A stretch of 64,000 bases of DNA. It comes from Mobula hypostoma. Lineage: Eukaryota. The translations under genes and the position numbers were made by a program. The stretch is from contig NC_086108.1 of assembly GCF_963921235.1 (NCBI RefSeq), forward strand, positions 63,180,001 through 63,244,000, in the 5' to 3' direction. The first letter of the stretch is position 1; each line of letters begins with the position of its first letter. This document shows positions 1 through 13,886 of this stretch, in pieces. The notes beneath the pieces are model-generated. The model had not been told where the DNA came from, made no database searches, and saw only the letters and a program-made list of their open reading frames with translations.

Positions 1-353
1 GTTTTACACCAGACACATCTATTGTGATCCATGTGATTTTGAAATCTGCTTCAGGAATGCTACATAGTTCTAGGCATGACTGCTTACCTTTGTCAGACTC
101 TGTGTTGTATGATTCATTTTCACATTCAGTCATTTTATGCCTTTGTTTAGTTTTGTATTTGAAACATTTCACTATAAGTTGTGTTTTTTTTCTTTAGTTG
201 AGCTTTTTGTCAGACTTGCACAGTCTCTCTATGTGGCCTTGTCTGTGACACTTTCTGCTAACATTTTCTTTGAACTGTTATTTGCATCTTGGGAGGACTT
301 GCCACATCAATAACATTTTTGGCTTATGCATCATACAGGGACATTTTTTGTGT

Positions 354-890
354 TCACATTCTAAACTCTTTTTCTGTAGTTCTGACACATCCTTTGCTGC
401 TGTCTCCATTTATGTTGCTTGCAATGATCAATGCCCATTCTAAGTTTAGGTCGCTTTCTGATAGTAGTCTCTTTTGAGTGCTTTGACCATCCCTGCCACG
501 TACAAATCTGTCCCTTAATGCATCAGAAAGTCCATCTCTAAAGTCACAGTATTGGGAAAGCTTATGCAGTTCTGCAATGTATTCAGAAGTGCTTTCATCC
601 TTTGACTGGTTCCTTTTGTAAAATCTAAATCTATCAGTGATTTCTAGTGGTTTTAAGCTCAAGTGACTATAAACTTTCAACAATTTCATTGAATGACTTG
701 CTGGTTTTTCATGAGTTACTAAGTTGCATAAGAGACTGTACATTTTAGCAACCATTTATCTAAGAAATGTGGAGACTATCTTTTCCTCATCCACATCATT
801 AGCAATACAATACAGTTCAACCCTTTTGATATACAATTCCCAGTCCTTGTTAGCACTATCAAATTTGTCAACTTTCCCGAATAAGGCCAT
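354..890 (-). mobile_element. Decayed Ty3/Gypsy LTR retrotransposon gag fragment
   Basis: Minus strand reads MALFGKVDKFDS..DWELYIKRVELYCIAN..(stop)..DRFRFYKRNQSKDESTSEYIAELHKLSQYCDFRDGLSDALRDRFVRG, typical of fish Gypsy gag. Similar to the fragment at 38105-38570. Confidence 0.8.
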
Positions 891-1013
891 CGATATGTTA
901 GTTTCACTTTAACTTTGTTAGTCGTGCATCTCTCACTTTGTACTCTGCACTGTCAGTCACGCATCCCTGTGCTAGCATCTGTGACTGCCTTCTCTTTACT
1001 GGTTCACTCGTTC

Positions 1014-1040
1014 CTCTCGCTCTCTCTCTCTCTCTCTCCC
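1014..1040. repeat. (CT)n microsatellite
   Basis: Directly visible ctctctctc run. Confidence 0.9.
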
Positions 1041-1554
1041 TTCCTCCAGGTTCTGTCATCTCGTAACTGTCAGTGCAGTCGGTGATATTCGCTGACATTC
1101 AGGTTTGTACTTGTCACCAATTTGTGTGTCTGTACAACTACATATCAAATAAATAAAGGTACACAGAGAGGTAAAGTTAACTTGTATATTCGCTTTTCAA
1201 AGGGAGCAGCAAATCAATGCACATGGGTAAGTTATCAGTCAATAATTAGTGCTGAGGGGTTCATTGTGCTAAAAGTCAGAGAAAATGTCATGGCAGTACT
1301 CAGGACAGACAGGAAAGCTTGTCCAGTGAGGTTTTAATGGATAGAACTGAGGAATAAGAAAGGTATGACCACATTAATGTGATTATATTATATACTATTC
1401 ATCAATCTTGGGGGGAGGGGTGGGTTAGAGGAGCAAATTTGTATGGATTTTTGCATCTGTATTTACCTGGTAGATAGACACAGAGTCTAAGGATGTGAGG
1501 CAATGCAGTAGTGAGGTCATGGATCATATACAGATTACAGAGGCGGTGGTGTTT

Positions 1555-2710
1555 GCTGTCTAAAGGCAATTTAGGATGGATAAATCCCCAGGGACTGACA
1601 ATGGACCCTGTGGGAGGCTAATGCAGAAATTGCAGGTGCCATAGCAGAGATATTTATAACAGCCTTAGCTATGGTGAGGTGCTGGAGGATTGGAGGATAG
1701 CTAATGTTGTTCTGGTGTTTAAGAAAGGCTCTAAGAATAAGCCAGGAAATTATAGGCCAGTGAGCCTGACATCAGTAGTGGGGAAATTTTTGGTATTCTA
1801 AGGGACGGGATATGCTGTATCAGTATTTAGATAGATAGGGACTGATTAGGGATCGTCAACATGGCTTGTGTATGGTAAGTCATATCTAACCAATCTTATA
1901 GAGTTTGTCGAGGAAGTTACCTGGAAAGTTGGTGATGGTAAGGCAGAAGATATTGTCTACATGGGCTTTACCAAGGCCTTAGAAAAGGACCTGCATCAGA
2001 GCTTGATCAAGAAGTTTCAGTCGCTTGCCATTCAAGATGAGGTAGTAAATTGGATTAGACAGTGGCTTCATGGCAGAAGTAAAAGAGTAGTTGTAGATTG
2101 GTTGCCTCTCTGACTGAAGGCCTGTGACTAGTGGTGTGCCACAGGGATCAGTGTTCGGGCCATTGTTGTTTGTCATCTATATCAACAATCTGGATGATAA
2201 TGTGACAATCTTGATCAGCAAATTTGAGGGTGTAAATAAGATTGAAAGACTGCAGAGCAAATTTACAATGATGTTTCCAGGACTTGTGGAAAGGTTGAAT
2301 AGGTTAGGATTTTATTCCCTATAAAGTAGAAGATTGAGGGGAGATTTGATGGAAGTATACAAAACTATGAAGGGTATAGATGGAGTAAAGGCTTTTTCCA
2401 CTGAGGTTGCATGAGGCTTGAACTAGAGTACATGGGTTAAGTGTGAAAGGTGAAATGCTTATGGGGAAAACGAGGAGGAATCTCTTCACTCAGAGGGTGG
2501 TGAGAGTATGGAACAAGATGTCAGCGCAAATTATAGATGCAGGGTTGATTTCAACATTTAAGAGAAATTTGGATAGGTACATGGATGAGAGGGGTATGGA
2601 GGGCTATGGTCTGTGTACAAGTTGATGGGACTAGGCAGCTTAATGGTTTTGCTGGGGCTAGATGGGCTGAGGGGCCTGCTTCTGTGCTGTACTCTTCTAT
2701 TACTCTATAA
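1555..2710 (+). mobile_element. CR1 LINE, 5'-truncated and decayed ORF2 (RT) with 3' end
   Basis: Fragments GNYRPVSLTSVVGK, SYLTNLIEF, TSGVPQGSVFGPLLFVIYINNLD and RNLFTQRVVRVWN, followed by the CR1-type tail tgtgctgtactcttctattactcta. Confidence 0.9.
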
Positions 2711-2785
2711 CACTATACCTATGATCCATTTCCTGTGCTTTCTAATCTTACTACGTCTCCATTTGTAAGTGGTCCTCAACCGATG

Positions 2786-3195
2786 TCAATATGTACATTT
2801 AATGTCAGAGAAATGTATACAATATACATCCTGAAATTCTTTTTCTTCACTGACATCCAGAAAAACAGAGGAGTGCCCCAAAGAATGAATGACAGTTAAA
2901 GCATTAGAACCTGAAAGACCCCCAGCTCCCCCTCCCATGCACAAGCAGTAGCAAGGCAACGACCTCTCCCACACCAGCAAAAAAGCATTGGTGCCCTCCA
3001 CTGAGCATTCAAATGTGCAGCAAAGCGTCAATAAAGACACAGACTTGCAGCACCCCAAAGACTACTCGTTCACCCAGTAATTCGACAAACCATAGACTCT
3101 CTCTCTCCCTAATAAGGGAAAAAGAGTTGTCTCCATTTCACATCAAGAGGGAAGACATAACAAACAACTCTCTGATTTACGATGTTAAAAGGATG
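2786..3195. repeat. Probable interspersed non-coding repeat (unclassified)
   Basis: No credible ORF. Composition resembles the segments at 28945-29405 and 60090-60900. Family not identified. Confidence 0.35.
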
Positions 3196-3375
3196 TAGAG
3201 GACAGCTTGTCACCTCAACATTCCATGAGTAGTAATCCACAGTGAGAAGGCATTTGTCTCCTTTCAGCTTGAAAATGTCTGTGCCTGCAATTTGCCATGG
3301 AAAATCTGCAAACTCTGTGTGACAGAGAGGTTCAGCATGATTTTTGTGCAGTTTTCTGCATGGTTCACTTTAATT

Positions 3376-4446
3376 CTCTACAGGCTCGACAAGAAGCTCA
3401 GAGAACTCGGCCTTCACCCTGCCTTGTGTAGCTGGATCCTGGACTTCCTGTCAGATCGCCAGCAGGTTGTAAGAGTGGGCTCCCTCACCTCTGCCCCTCT
3501 GACCCTTAACACAGGTGCCCCTCAGGGCGGTATACTAAGCCCCCTCTTTGACTCTGTATACCCATGACTGTGTCGCCACCCACAGCTCCAATCTGCTAAT
3601 TAAATTTGCTGACAACACTACACTGATCGGCCAAATCTCAAATAATAGTGAGGCAGTTTACAGAGAGGAAGCCATCACCCTGACACAGTGGTGTCAAGAA
3701 AACAACCTCTCCCTCAATGTCGCAAAAACAAAGGAACTGGTTGTGGACTACAGGAGGAATGGAAACAGTCTAACCCCTATTGACATCAATGGATCTGCGG
3801 TTGAGAGGGCAAACAGCTTTAGGTTCCTCGGCATAAACATCACCGAGGACCTCATGTGGTCTGTACAGATCGGCTGTGTGGTGAAAAAGGCACAACAGCA
3901 CCTCTTTCGCCTCAGATGGTTGAAGAAATTTGGTATGGGCCCCCAGATTCTAAGAACTTTCTATAGGGGAATGATTGAGAGCATCCGGACTGGCTGCATC
4001 GCTGCCTGATATGGGAACTGTACTTCCCGCAATCGCAGGACTCTGCAGAGAGTGGTGCAGGCAGCCTGGCTCATCGGGAGATGTGAACTTCCCACTATTC
4101 AGGACATTTACAAAGACAGGTTTGTAAAAAGGGCCCGAAGGATCATGGGAGACCCCAGTCACCCCAACCATAAATTATTCCATCTGCTACCATCTGGGAA
4201 GCAGTACCGCAGCATAAAAGCCAGGACCAACAGACTCTGGGACAGCTTCTTTCACCAGGCCATCAGACTGATTAACTCATGCTGACACAACTGTATATCT
4301 ATTTTATATTGACTGTCCTGTTATATATAGTATTTATTATAAATTACTATGATTGCACATTGCACATTTGAATGGAGATGTAACGTAAAGATTTTTACTC
4401 CTCATGTATTTGAAGGATGTAAGTAATAAAGACAATTCAATTCAAT
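3376..4446 (+). mobile_element. Rex1/Babar-type LINE, 5'-truncated RT and 3' UTR
   Basis: LCSWILDFLSDRQQVVR, NTGAPQG, LYTHDC..IKFADNTT, WCQENNLSLNVAKTKELVVD, LLPSGKQYRSIKARTNRLWDSFFHQAIRL. Ends aataaa followed by (caatt)n. Confidence 0.9.
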
Positions 4447-4449
4447 TGC

Positions 4450-4670
4450 CTGCCTTCAATTTCTTGATCCTCCAAAGTGATTTACTTGCCACTTTTCCAG
4501 ATTGGGCTCCATGTGCCCTTCTCAAACCAGTTCTGCATCCTATCAATATCTCGCTGTAATCTATGGCTACCCTCACCATCTTCAACACTGCCGATCTTCA
4601 TGCCATTTGCAAATTTACTAACCCACCCTTCCACTTTCTCATCCAAGTCATTTGTAAAATTCACAAAGAG
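4450..4670 (-). mobile_element. CR1 RT fragment
   Basis: FTNDLDEKVEGWVSKFANGMKIG...RLQRDIDRMQNW. Confidence 0.85.
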
Positions 4671-4979
4671 CAGAATAAGAGATTGCCTATTAAGTCAAGA
4701 ATGTGGTAATTGGTTCTTCGAGGGTCATGAGTCTTTGAGGTTCTTCCTCCCAGAGAGCCCTAGAAGGCAGTTTATTCAGGTTATTTACAAACGTTTTATT
4801 TACAAGGGAGTTGAGAGAGAGTGGAAGAGTAGCGTTGGGTAATGGGCGGCATATTTCGATTAGCCACGATTTTATTGAATATGCTTGAGGGCCAGATTGA
4901 CCTATTCCTGCATTTATTTATAATGAAAGAAAGTAGAGACTAAACATTCGTCGTCTGGTAAAGTAACATTTAAATGCTG

Positions 4980-5560
4980 CAGGTCGACGCCGTTGGGTTA
5001 GAGCTTTATTTTTAAATCACTTTCTACGGTATTTTCTCGCCGCTCGGTTTAAGGTTAGACTCTAAACTTTAGAGCCTAAATGTTTGGGGAAGCTGGATGG
5101 AAGGGGGGGACCTGTGTTTTGAATGTTGCGTTTGCTGAGAGTCGCTCGAGGTTTGGCCGTGCTGAGGCACTGTAGTCGCGCTGGCCGCCGCCTCCATCTT
5201 CTAGCGGCTCGGGGGCAACGGGACGCAAATAGAACTGGGAGCTGTGTCTTCACTTCCTCCCGTAACACCGGTAGGCAGGCCTGCCGGCCCTCAAGAGTCT
5301 TCGGTCTCCGGGTAAGATGCCCATTGCCTGGAGTCCCAGGTGCGGAGAAAGCAGTGGTGGGAAACGCCGCCCCCTTACCCTCACTGGGCGGCTGTTGCCG
5401 TCAGAGCGAAGGGGAACCACTGCGGGTGGAGCAAACCGGCACATGCCCCAGATGTTCAGCGTGGCCAACATCAGGGGCCACGCCGATTCAGCAGCTGCTC
5501 GGTCCGTGGAGCATCTCCGCCCTCTGTCTCAATGACAGCTTATTCCCATAATACAGCATC
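4980..5560 (+). promoter_or_regulatory. CpG island: probable promoter and non-coding first exon of the KIAA1958-like gene
   Basis: Only extended GC- and CpG-rich non-repeat stretch in the window. ETS-type CACTTCC at 5251-5257. Candidate donors CCG|gtaggc (GT at 5271) and CGG|gtaaga (GT at 5312). Lies upstream of an acceptor-flanked ATG exon. Confidence 0.7.
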
Positions 5561-6759
5561 ATACCATTGAACGTTTTGTGCTTCCAAAATACAACTTGTG
5601 GGGGTAGATGCACAATGAAGTACCCTAATATCGGGTTTCTTTTTCTGCACGGGACAGTTCCAGACAAGTTTACTTGAGTCATCTCACTGCTAATATGATT
5701 GGGTTGCATAGTTCAGTTATCCATCCAATAAACTTTGCTGCGTGTTTATAAAACCATTTTATTACACAATTCAAAAATTCATTTGATTTTCAGAACGGTA
5801 GTGTAAGATATCACTGAGATTGTTACACATGATATCACTCATTGCCTAAAAACTCCATTCTTATATTTTGGAATTGTTGGCAAGAGTCTGATTAAATCCT
5901 TGCTGAAAGCGAGGAAGTTTGCTGTTTTGCCTTTAGAAACGAGTATAAATGACTTGATCCTTATTTTGATACTGGAACTTTGGTTTTAGACATCCAGCCA
6001 GTGGAAATGCCAACCTGAAACCCACTGAACTTTGTAAATTTCAAAGATTACTGCTGGCTGTTGGAAAAGTTGGAATAAAATTGAGTTTATTGTCAAATTT
6101 ACAAAGATGTGTTGCATAGGTGCAATAGAAAAGAAACTTAATTGAGGCAGCATCACAGGCATTCCCAAAATAAACAGAAACTATAACCAATTTTTACCAG
6201 AAGAAGCAAAGCCTGTTTCAGTGCAAAGTGATCAAAGTGGTCATAGTGTGGTTGTGATTAGGGTTGTGCTAGGTTGTTCAGGAATTAAATGGTTGAAGAA
6301 AAAATAGTTGTTCTTGGGCATGGTGGTGTGGGCCTTCAGATTTCTGTACCTCCTGCTTGATGGCAGTTGTGAGAAGATGGCATGGCTTGGATGGATGTTA
6401 ATTTCTTGAGGGAGTGCCTCGAGTTGATACTACCAATGGTGGGGAGGCTTGTGCATTGGACTGAGTTGACTATTCTCTGCAGCTTCTTGGATTTCTGTGC
6501 AATTGTTAAACCAGATCATGATGTAACCAGTCCGGATACTTTCAACAGTACGTGTGTGGATGTTTGTTAGAATGTTCATGATAAGCTGAATCTCCTTCAC
6601 CTAAGAAAGTAAAGGTGCTGGCAAGCCTTCCTTGTAATAGTATCTATGTGCTGATCCTTAATCTTGGGTGACATAGGAAACTTTCAGAAACTCCTAGTAC
6701 AACACTTACACTAGTTTCCCTCCATTAATTCAATTAATGATGACTTAAAAATATACTTC

Positions 6760-7390
6760 ATACTTTATTGTCACCAAACAATTGATACTAAAATGTAGAA
6801 TCATCACAGCGATTCTGCGCTTCCTGCTCCCTGGATTACAAATATTAAATATTAAAAATAGCAAAAATTAGTAAATATTAAACATTTAAATTATAAATTA
6901 TAAATAGAAAAATAGGAAGTAAGGTAGTGCAAAAAAAAAAACAGAGGCAGGTCCGGATATTTGTAGGTTACGGCCCAGATCCAGGTCAGGATCCGTTCAG
7001 CAGTCTTATCACAGTTGGAAAGAAGCTGTTCCCAAATCTGGCCATATGAGTCTTCAAGCTCCTGAACCTTCTCCCAGAGGGAAGAGGGACGAAAGGTGTG
7101 TTGACTGGGTAGGGCATGTCCTTGATTATCCTGGCAGCACTGCTCCGACAGCGTGCGGTGTTAAGTGATTCCAAGGACGGAAGATTGGTTTGTGTGATGT
7201 GCTGCGCCGTGTTCACGATTTTCTGCAGCTTCTTTCAGTCTTGGACAGGACAATTTCCATACCAGGTTGTGATGCACCCTAGAAGAATGCTTTCTACGGT
7301 GCATCTATAAAAATTAGTGAGGGTTTTAGGGGATAGGCCAAATTTTTTTAGTTTTCTCAGGAACTAAAGGTGCTGGTGGGCCTTCTTGTT
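6760..7390 (-). mobile_element. Rex1/Babar-type LINE 3' fragment
   Basis: AARIIKD..PFVPLPSGRRFRSLKTHMARFGNSFFPTVIRLLN. Similar decayed pieces occur at ~6040-6650, 8420-9010 and 11380-11670. Confidence 0.8.
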
Positions 7391-9589
7391 ATATTCAAAC
7401 ACATTCAAAAAAGATTATATCAGTTTCATAAATTCATGTTGACTTTGCACAATCTCATTATTTCCTTATTTCCCTGTTGTCAATTACCTTTTTTAGCCTT
7501 TTTCTTTTAACATCAGAACATAAAGAACAGGATCAGATGTTGTGTAATTGACCCCTTAAGACTGTTCCACCACCCAGTTAGATCACAGCTTCACTGATCT
7601 TGGTCTGGGCCAACATTCTTGAATTCTGATCCAGACTTTTGGCTCCATTGTAGTTAGATATTTGTTACTTCTTTGACTAGATTTGTTGACTCTGCCTCCG
7701 CATATAGAGAATTCCAATACTATTGGAATAAAGATCAAGTATACAGTTCATTTTGCCAGCATGGCTGAACCATAATGCTGCAGATTACTTTTTGATTTTA
7801 TGTGCCTAAAACTTACCATTATGTCATTTAAAAAAAAAACATTTCTTATCTACTGTCATTATTTTTATGTACCCATTCTACCATAATCATTTTACACATC
7901 ATACTTTTGTAGTTTACTTTGTTTACATTTGAGACTTTGGTTTTGGATTCATCTACATTAGTATCAGCTTTATTGTAAACAATTCTCCAGTTGTGTCACT
8001 CTCTCCTAAAGGTTCCAGATATACAATGTGTAATTACTTCTTCTCAGTGCACAATACTTTGTTCAAGGTGGCTTTTTTGCCTTGTTGAGTGACATATTAA
8101 TCTAGAAAATCAATTTGCATGTATTTCATGAATTCATTTCCATTTTATATCTGCTAATTTGGAAAGAATATGCAGATGTAGGTTGAAAATAGCTTGCCGT
8201 TCCTCAGTTTTCCTGACAATTCTAGTATAATTTGCTTGATTACATTAACAGCAAATTTCATTTTATGTTGCAGCTTCAATGTGTAAATGCTCACATGCTA
8301 CTTTTATAAAAATATAACCAGACAAAATCAACGTGGAATTGACTACAAGTTTGGTCAGAGATCACACTTTAGGAAGGGATAGGTGGAAAGGTGTCCTGTT
8401 GTTTTGAGTATGGATGATTGGAATTTGGAATTGATTTATCATTGTCACATAAGTCGAGGTGCAGTGAAAAATTTGTCTTCACTACTGTTCCCATAGATAG
8501 TTTATTACACAGTGCATCGAGGTAAAACAATAATAGAATGCAGGATAATGTGCAACAGCCACAGAAAAAGTGCAGTGCAAGTAGACATAACGAGGTAGAT
8601 AGTGAGATCAAGAATGTATGTAATTGTACCAGGAACCATTTAGTAATCTTCTAACAATGAGGTGTAAGCACTATTTGAGCCTGGTGATATGTGCTTTTAG
8701 GCTTTTGTATCTTCTGCACGATGGGCAGAAGAGAGAATGTCCAGGGTGAGTGACCGTTTTACTGAGGCCGTGAGAAGTGTAGACAGTCCACTGAGGGGAA
8801 GCTGGTTTCCATGATGTGTCGAGCTATATACTTTTTAGACATGCACAGAGCAGTTGCCATACCTAGCTGTGATACATCCAGATAGGATGCTTTCAATAAA
8901 AGTTGGTAAGCTTCTATTGTGACATGCCGTATTTCTTTAGCCTCCTGAGGAAGTAGAGGCCTTCTTTCTTGGCTATGGCATCTACATGGATGGACCAAGA
9001 CAGGCTGTTTTTGAAAGCATTATTGATGGTACAAAGAATTTTGGTAGTGCACTGTAGTTTTAAAATAATTATAGAAAAAGATAAGATAGATCCACAAGTT
9101 AAAATCCTGAGCTGGACCAACTTTGGGAGTGTACAGCTGGTTCTAACTGGGGTTGACTGGGTGACTATTTAAAGGGAAAGGAATAGTCGGCAAATTGGAG
9201 GCTCTTAAAACAATCATATCAAGAATGCAGGGGTAGCATGTTCCTGTTAAGGTGAAAAGGAGACAGATCAAGTTCAGGGAACCCTGGTTGATGAGTGATA
9301 TTGAGGTTTGAATAATCTTTTACAAAAAAGTTAGTAGGAGCAGTCAGCACATTTTGCATGCCACAGTTCTTAGGGAGACATTGGATTACAAATAATTCAG
9401 AATCAGATTTATTAACACCGGCATATATCATGAAATTTGGCACATAATTAGTTAGGATGAAGTGGACCAGCCATTGTGTGAGTGGGCAGTGTTGGAGAGG
9501 GGAGTTGAGGCTTTGGATCATTGAAGCTTCAGAGAGGGGTAGGCAATAGGTAGATTTTTTTCATTATTTATTATTATTTCTTATTGTAC

Positions 9590-11150
9590 ATTTAGAGCAA
9601 TGGGGATGCCAGGCAGGATAGTGGAATGCTTCTCTTGTGGGATGTTGGAAGGCAGGGACTCCAGTGTCCCTGACAACAATATCAGCAAAAAGCGTATCCA
9701 ACTGCAACTTTGAACAGATCATGTTAAGGAGTTAGAGCTGGAACTGGATGAACTCTGGATATTTGGGAGGCTGGGTGGTTGATAGACAGGACATATGGGG
9801 AGGTAGTTACATCCAAGGTGCAGGACACCTAGTATTGTCATCAGTTTTGGGCCCCATATCTCAGAAAGGATGTGTTGTCATTAGAGAGAATCCAGAGAGG
9901 TTCATGAGGATGATGAGGAGAAAATGTTTCCTGTGATGGGGTAACCAGAACTAGAGGGCACAGCCTCAAAGCTGAGGGGCGACCTTTTAGAACAGAGGTA
10001 AGGAGGAATTTTTTTAAGCCAGAGAGTGGTGAATCTGTGGAATTATCTGCTACAGACTGTCGTGGAGGCCAAGTCTGTGGGTATATTTAAAGCGGAAGTT
10101 GATAGTTTCCTGATTAGTCAGGGCATCAAATAAATATGCTATAAATGGGTTGAATGGGATCTAGGATCAGCCATAATGGACTGGCGGAGCAGACTTGATA
10201 GGCTGAATGGCCTAGTTCTGCTCCTATGTCTTATGGACACAGGTAACTGGGTGACCATCAGGAGAGGGAATGGGGATAGACAGCTAGTGCAGGGTACCTT
10301 ATGGCTGTTCCCTTGAACAACAGGTATACTGCTTTGGATACTGTTGGGAGGGAAGCCACAGCACTGAGGTTTCTCACGCTGTCTGCCTCTGGCTTAGAAG
10401 GGAATCGGGGAGAGAAGAGCCAGGCTGCAGAGATGGGGGATCTGTCGATTAGGGGAACAGAACTAAGGTTCTGTGGATGAGATGAGATTTCTGGATGTTT
10501 TTTTGCCTCCTGGGTGCCAGGGTCAGGAACATCTCGGATTGAGTCCACAGCATTCTTAAGTGGGTGGGTGAGCAGCCAGAGGTTGTGGTCCACATCGGCA
10601 CCAATGCCATGGGTAGGAATAATGATGAGGTCCTGCAAAGTGAGTTCAAGTTGTTAGGTGCTAAGTTAAAGGACAGGATCTCCAGAGTTGTCATCTCAGG
10701 ATCACTACCCGTGCCACATGCGAGAGGCCAGAAATAGGAATAGCATACAATTTAACATATGGCTAAGGAATTGGTGCGGGAGGGAGGGCATTAGATTTTT
10801 GGATCATTGGGCTCTCTTTTAGAGAAGATGGGACCTGTACAGAATGGACAGTTTGCACTTGAAATGGATGGAGGATGAATACCCCAGTAGGAAGGTTTGC
10901 TTGTGTCACATTGGTGGGATAAACTAGAGTTGCAGGGGGATGGAAACCAGAGTGCCAGAACAGTTAGCAGAGAGGTTGTGGAGAAAGATGTTGTTAAACC
11001 TACGTACAAAGTCAGGAATCAAAAGGTCTTGCATGGTTTGATTAATGTTCTGGCCTATGTATATTTCAGTGCAAGGAGTATTGTAGGAAAGGCGGGTGAG
11101 CTTTGGCCATGGATCAACATGTGGAATTATAACATTGTAGCCATTAGCAA
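9590..11150 (+). mobile_element. CR1 ORF1 (zinc finger and SGNH esterase remnant) and start of ORF2, interrupted by a CR1 3' fragment
   Basis: Esterase motif PEVVVHIGTNAMG near 10575-10610 and the ORF2 start motif YFSARSIVGKAGEL. The insert at 9829-10234 is flanked by the direct repeat ggacac (9823-9828 and 10235-10240). Confidence 0.8.
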
Positions 11151-12220
11151 GACTTGTAAGTGGCTGTGCATTGATGTGTTTTGGAATAGAGGGACCTGGG
11201 AGTACAAATGCACAGTGCGTTGAATGGCTGTGCAAGTAAACAGGTATTGAAGAAGGTAGTTCAATCAGAGCAGTGACATTATGTTGCAGTTACAGTATAT
11301 AAGTTGTTGGTGAGGCTGCACTGTGAACAGTTTTGGTCACCCTGTTACAGGAAAGATATTGTCAAACTGGAGAGATGCAGAAGTGAGTTATGGAATCAGT
11401 TCAGTGCTGAGGTGAGTGAAGTTATCCACTCTGGTTCAGGAGTGTAATAACTGTTCCTGAACCTGGTGAACTGGAACCTAAGGCTCCTGTACCTCCTTCC
11501 TAATGCAGCAGCGAGAAAAGAGCATAGCCTGGGTAGGGAGGGCTGGGGTCCTTGATCATAGATCTGCTTTCTTGTGGCAGTGCTTCTTGTAGGTGTGCTC
11601 AGTGGTGGAGAGAGCTTTGTCTGTGTTGGACTGGACTGTATCCACCAGGTTTTTTAACCTTTGCCATTCTTGGGCACTGGGACTTGGAAGGTTATGGGCC
11701 GAAAGCAGGCAACTTGGACTAGAGTGGAGGATGCTGTGGTTGGCAAAGACCAGTTGGGTCAAAGGGCCTGTTTCCATCTGCATTACTCAATGACAGAAGC
11801 AAGCAGAGTTCTCAAAAGATTATAAGGTTAAAGATAACAAGTTATAGTCATGTAAGCATGAAGGGCAGAGTTTTAAATTGGAGGGGTTAATGTCCTGAGC
11901 TAATTTAGCTCTTTGCATAAGGAAGGATGGGTTTATGCTGCTGAAAAATATGGACAGTAAAATGGATGTAGTGTACTTTCTGGAGGATTGACGGATCCGT
12001 CAGGTAGGTTTTAAGATAGTTAAAACTAGAAATGAGTAGGGGTATAAATAAGTTTTGCAGCAGCACGTGACAAAAGTCAGATGGTAGTATAGAGGTGGAT
12101 GTAGAAATGATTATTATGTTTGGATGTTTTTCTGGAGTGAGTTGATTTTTATTTGATATGTAGTTTCTACTTCAGCCTTATGTTTCAATTTGTTGCAGAT
12201 AATACGCAAGTGAACTTAAC

Positions 12221-12248
12221 ATGGAGAATATGGAAGTCAAAGCTAAAG
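12221..12248 (+). CDS. KIAA1958-like gene, first coding exon (exon 12199-12248), MENMEVKAK
   Basis: Acceptor ttgttgcag|12199, in-frame upstream TAA at 12200, strong Kozak aacATGG, donor AAG|gtgagt. Phase 1, joining in frame to 12810. Confidence 0.8.
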
Positions 12249-12259
12249 GTGAGTTAAAT

Positions 12260-12740
12260 TGTGTACAGTTCTGGTTGCATATCTATAGAGCGTATGATAT
12301 TAAGTTGGAAAGGGTGTAGAAAGATTCATAAAGGTGTTATCAAGACTGAGGGTTTCAGTTATAAAGACAGGCTGTATAGGCTGGGCTATTTTCTCTGAAG
12401 CACTGCAGGCTGAGGGGTGACCCTGTATATGTGAATAACATCACAAGGGGCATAGGTAAGGTGAATGGTCACAGTCTTTTTCCTAGGAGAAGGAAAGGCA
12501 TAAGCTGAGAGGGGTAAGATTTCAAGGGGACTTGAAGGTGCAAGTTTTTCTACACATTCAGTGTTTTGTATATGGACTGAACTGCCAGAGACAGAAGTGG
12601 GTGCAGTTAAAATATTTAAATAGTATTTTAACATGTACATGGATAGAAAATGGGTATTGGGACATAAAACTAGCTAAAGTAGGCAACTTCTTTACATGAT
12701 GAATTGGGCCTGTTTCCATGCTGTATAACTCTATGACTTT
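12260..12740 (+). mobile_element. Decayed CR1 3' fragment in intron
   Basis: Remnants tgtgtacagttctgg, aggctgaggggtgacc and the CR1 tail ttccatgctgtataactctatgact. Confidence 0.7.
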
Positions 12741-12809
12741 AATAGTAAGTATATTATAAGCTCAAGTAAATAGTTACATTAATTTTGATCAAGCTAATTT
12801 TTTCCCCAG

Positions 12810-13886
12810 ATTATACATTCCACAAAGAAAGCCATTCCAATTCGGTGTTTCATTTGACACGTGAACACCTTGAACTGTTAGTAATTTGGTCACACTGTCA
12901 TGGCAATCAGTGCACATTTACCCCAATTTGGAGAGAGATTATTGAAGAACAACAAAATGGAGTCCTGGCGATTTTGTGGGAGTGTGAAGCTGGTCATTCT
13001 TACCACTGGTGGACTGGAGGTGTGTGTCAGTTACCATGTGATCAAGAGAAATCCAGAGGTCAGCTGCCTGTAAAATCTAAATATTTGGAAGATGATTTGG
13101 TAATACCTGGACAAATCCGAAAGGCACATAGAATTAAAACTAACAACAATGATTTAGCCAAAGAACCGGATTCATCTGATGGCTCTTCCAAATCTTTTCT
13201 ACCAACCAATGTTAAGGCAGCTCAGAATGGAGCACCAGTTTCACAAGTACTTTCGACCCATCATTCGTGGAGAGAAACAGCAGTTGCTAGTGACAGAGGA
13301 AAATTAGGTGTCAGTGCTACAATTGGTAACACATCAACTGATAATGGAGCTGAAATTGTGCATATAAAAACTGAAAGAGAAGATACCGCAGATTTTACTA
13401 AGCACTGTGATATCAAAGATGAAAATAGAAGTCAAAATCAAGAGCTGAAGAAATATCATGTGAGCAATAGTTCCTTGGCTGCAGGGCAATCTTCCGGACA
13501 TTACCTATCTTCAACTGACACATGCAGTCCATCAAATGGCTGCAGAAAACGATCTTCTTCATTTACTGAAGACCAGTGCTCTGATCCATCACTAATATCT
13601 CACTGTAATAGCAGCAAAGTTCATGTTTCAGAGCACCACTCCCCTCATCCAGTTTCCAGAGGATCTTGTTTAGTGGAGAGCACCATGAAGCCAACAGACG
13701 TATCAGCAGGGCATTACTCTATTGGGTCAGCTAAGCCGACAAATCAGGATCAGAGTGGTGCAAATATGGGGCCGCTGTTAGATTCTGAATATGGTCGTTC
13801 TTTAACCCATAGTCGTATAAATTCTGATGTTCATGAACCTGAATTGCAGTGCGACAGTCCAGTATTTGGGCAGGAGGGCGTAGTAG
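12810..13886 (+). CDS. KIAA1958-like protein, large exon: N-terminal His/Cys domain plus Ser-rich disordered region
   Basis: 1077-nt open exon with acceptor tttccccag and donor TAG|gtaagt. FHLTREHLELLVIWSHCHGNQCTFTPIWREIIEEQQNGVLAILWECEAGHSYHW aligns by eye with the KIAA1958 N-terminus as recalled (LVSWAHSHGTIC...MWGCSAGHAYHW). Also has PVKSK and a SUMO-type IKTE motif. Orthologue versus paralogue is unresolved, so no symbol is given. Confidence 0.88.

Noticed and set aside
5062..5570. Several overlapping ORFs of 68-142 aa on both strands
   Set aside because: Expected by chance in a GC-rich CpG island. No recognisable domain, and the downstream ATG exon has an in-frame upstream stop.
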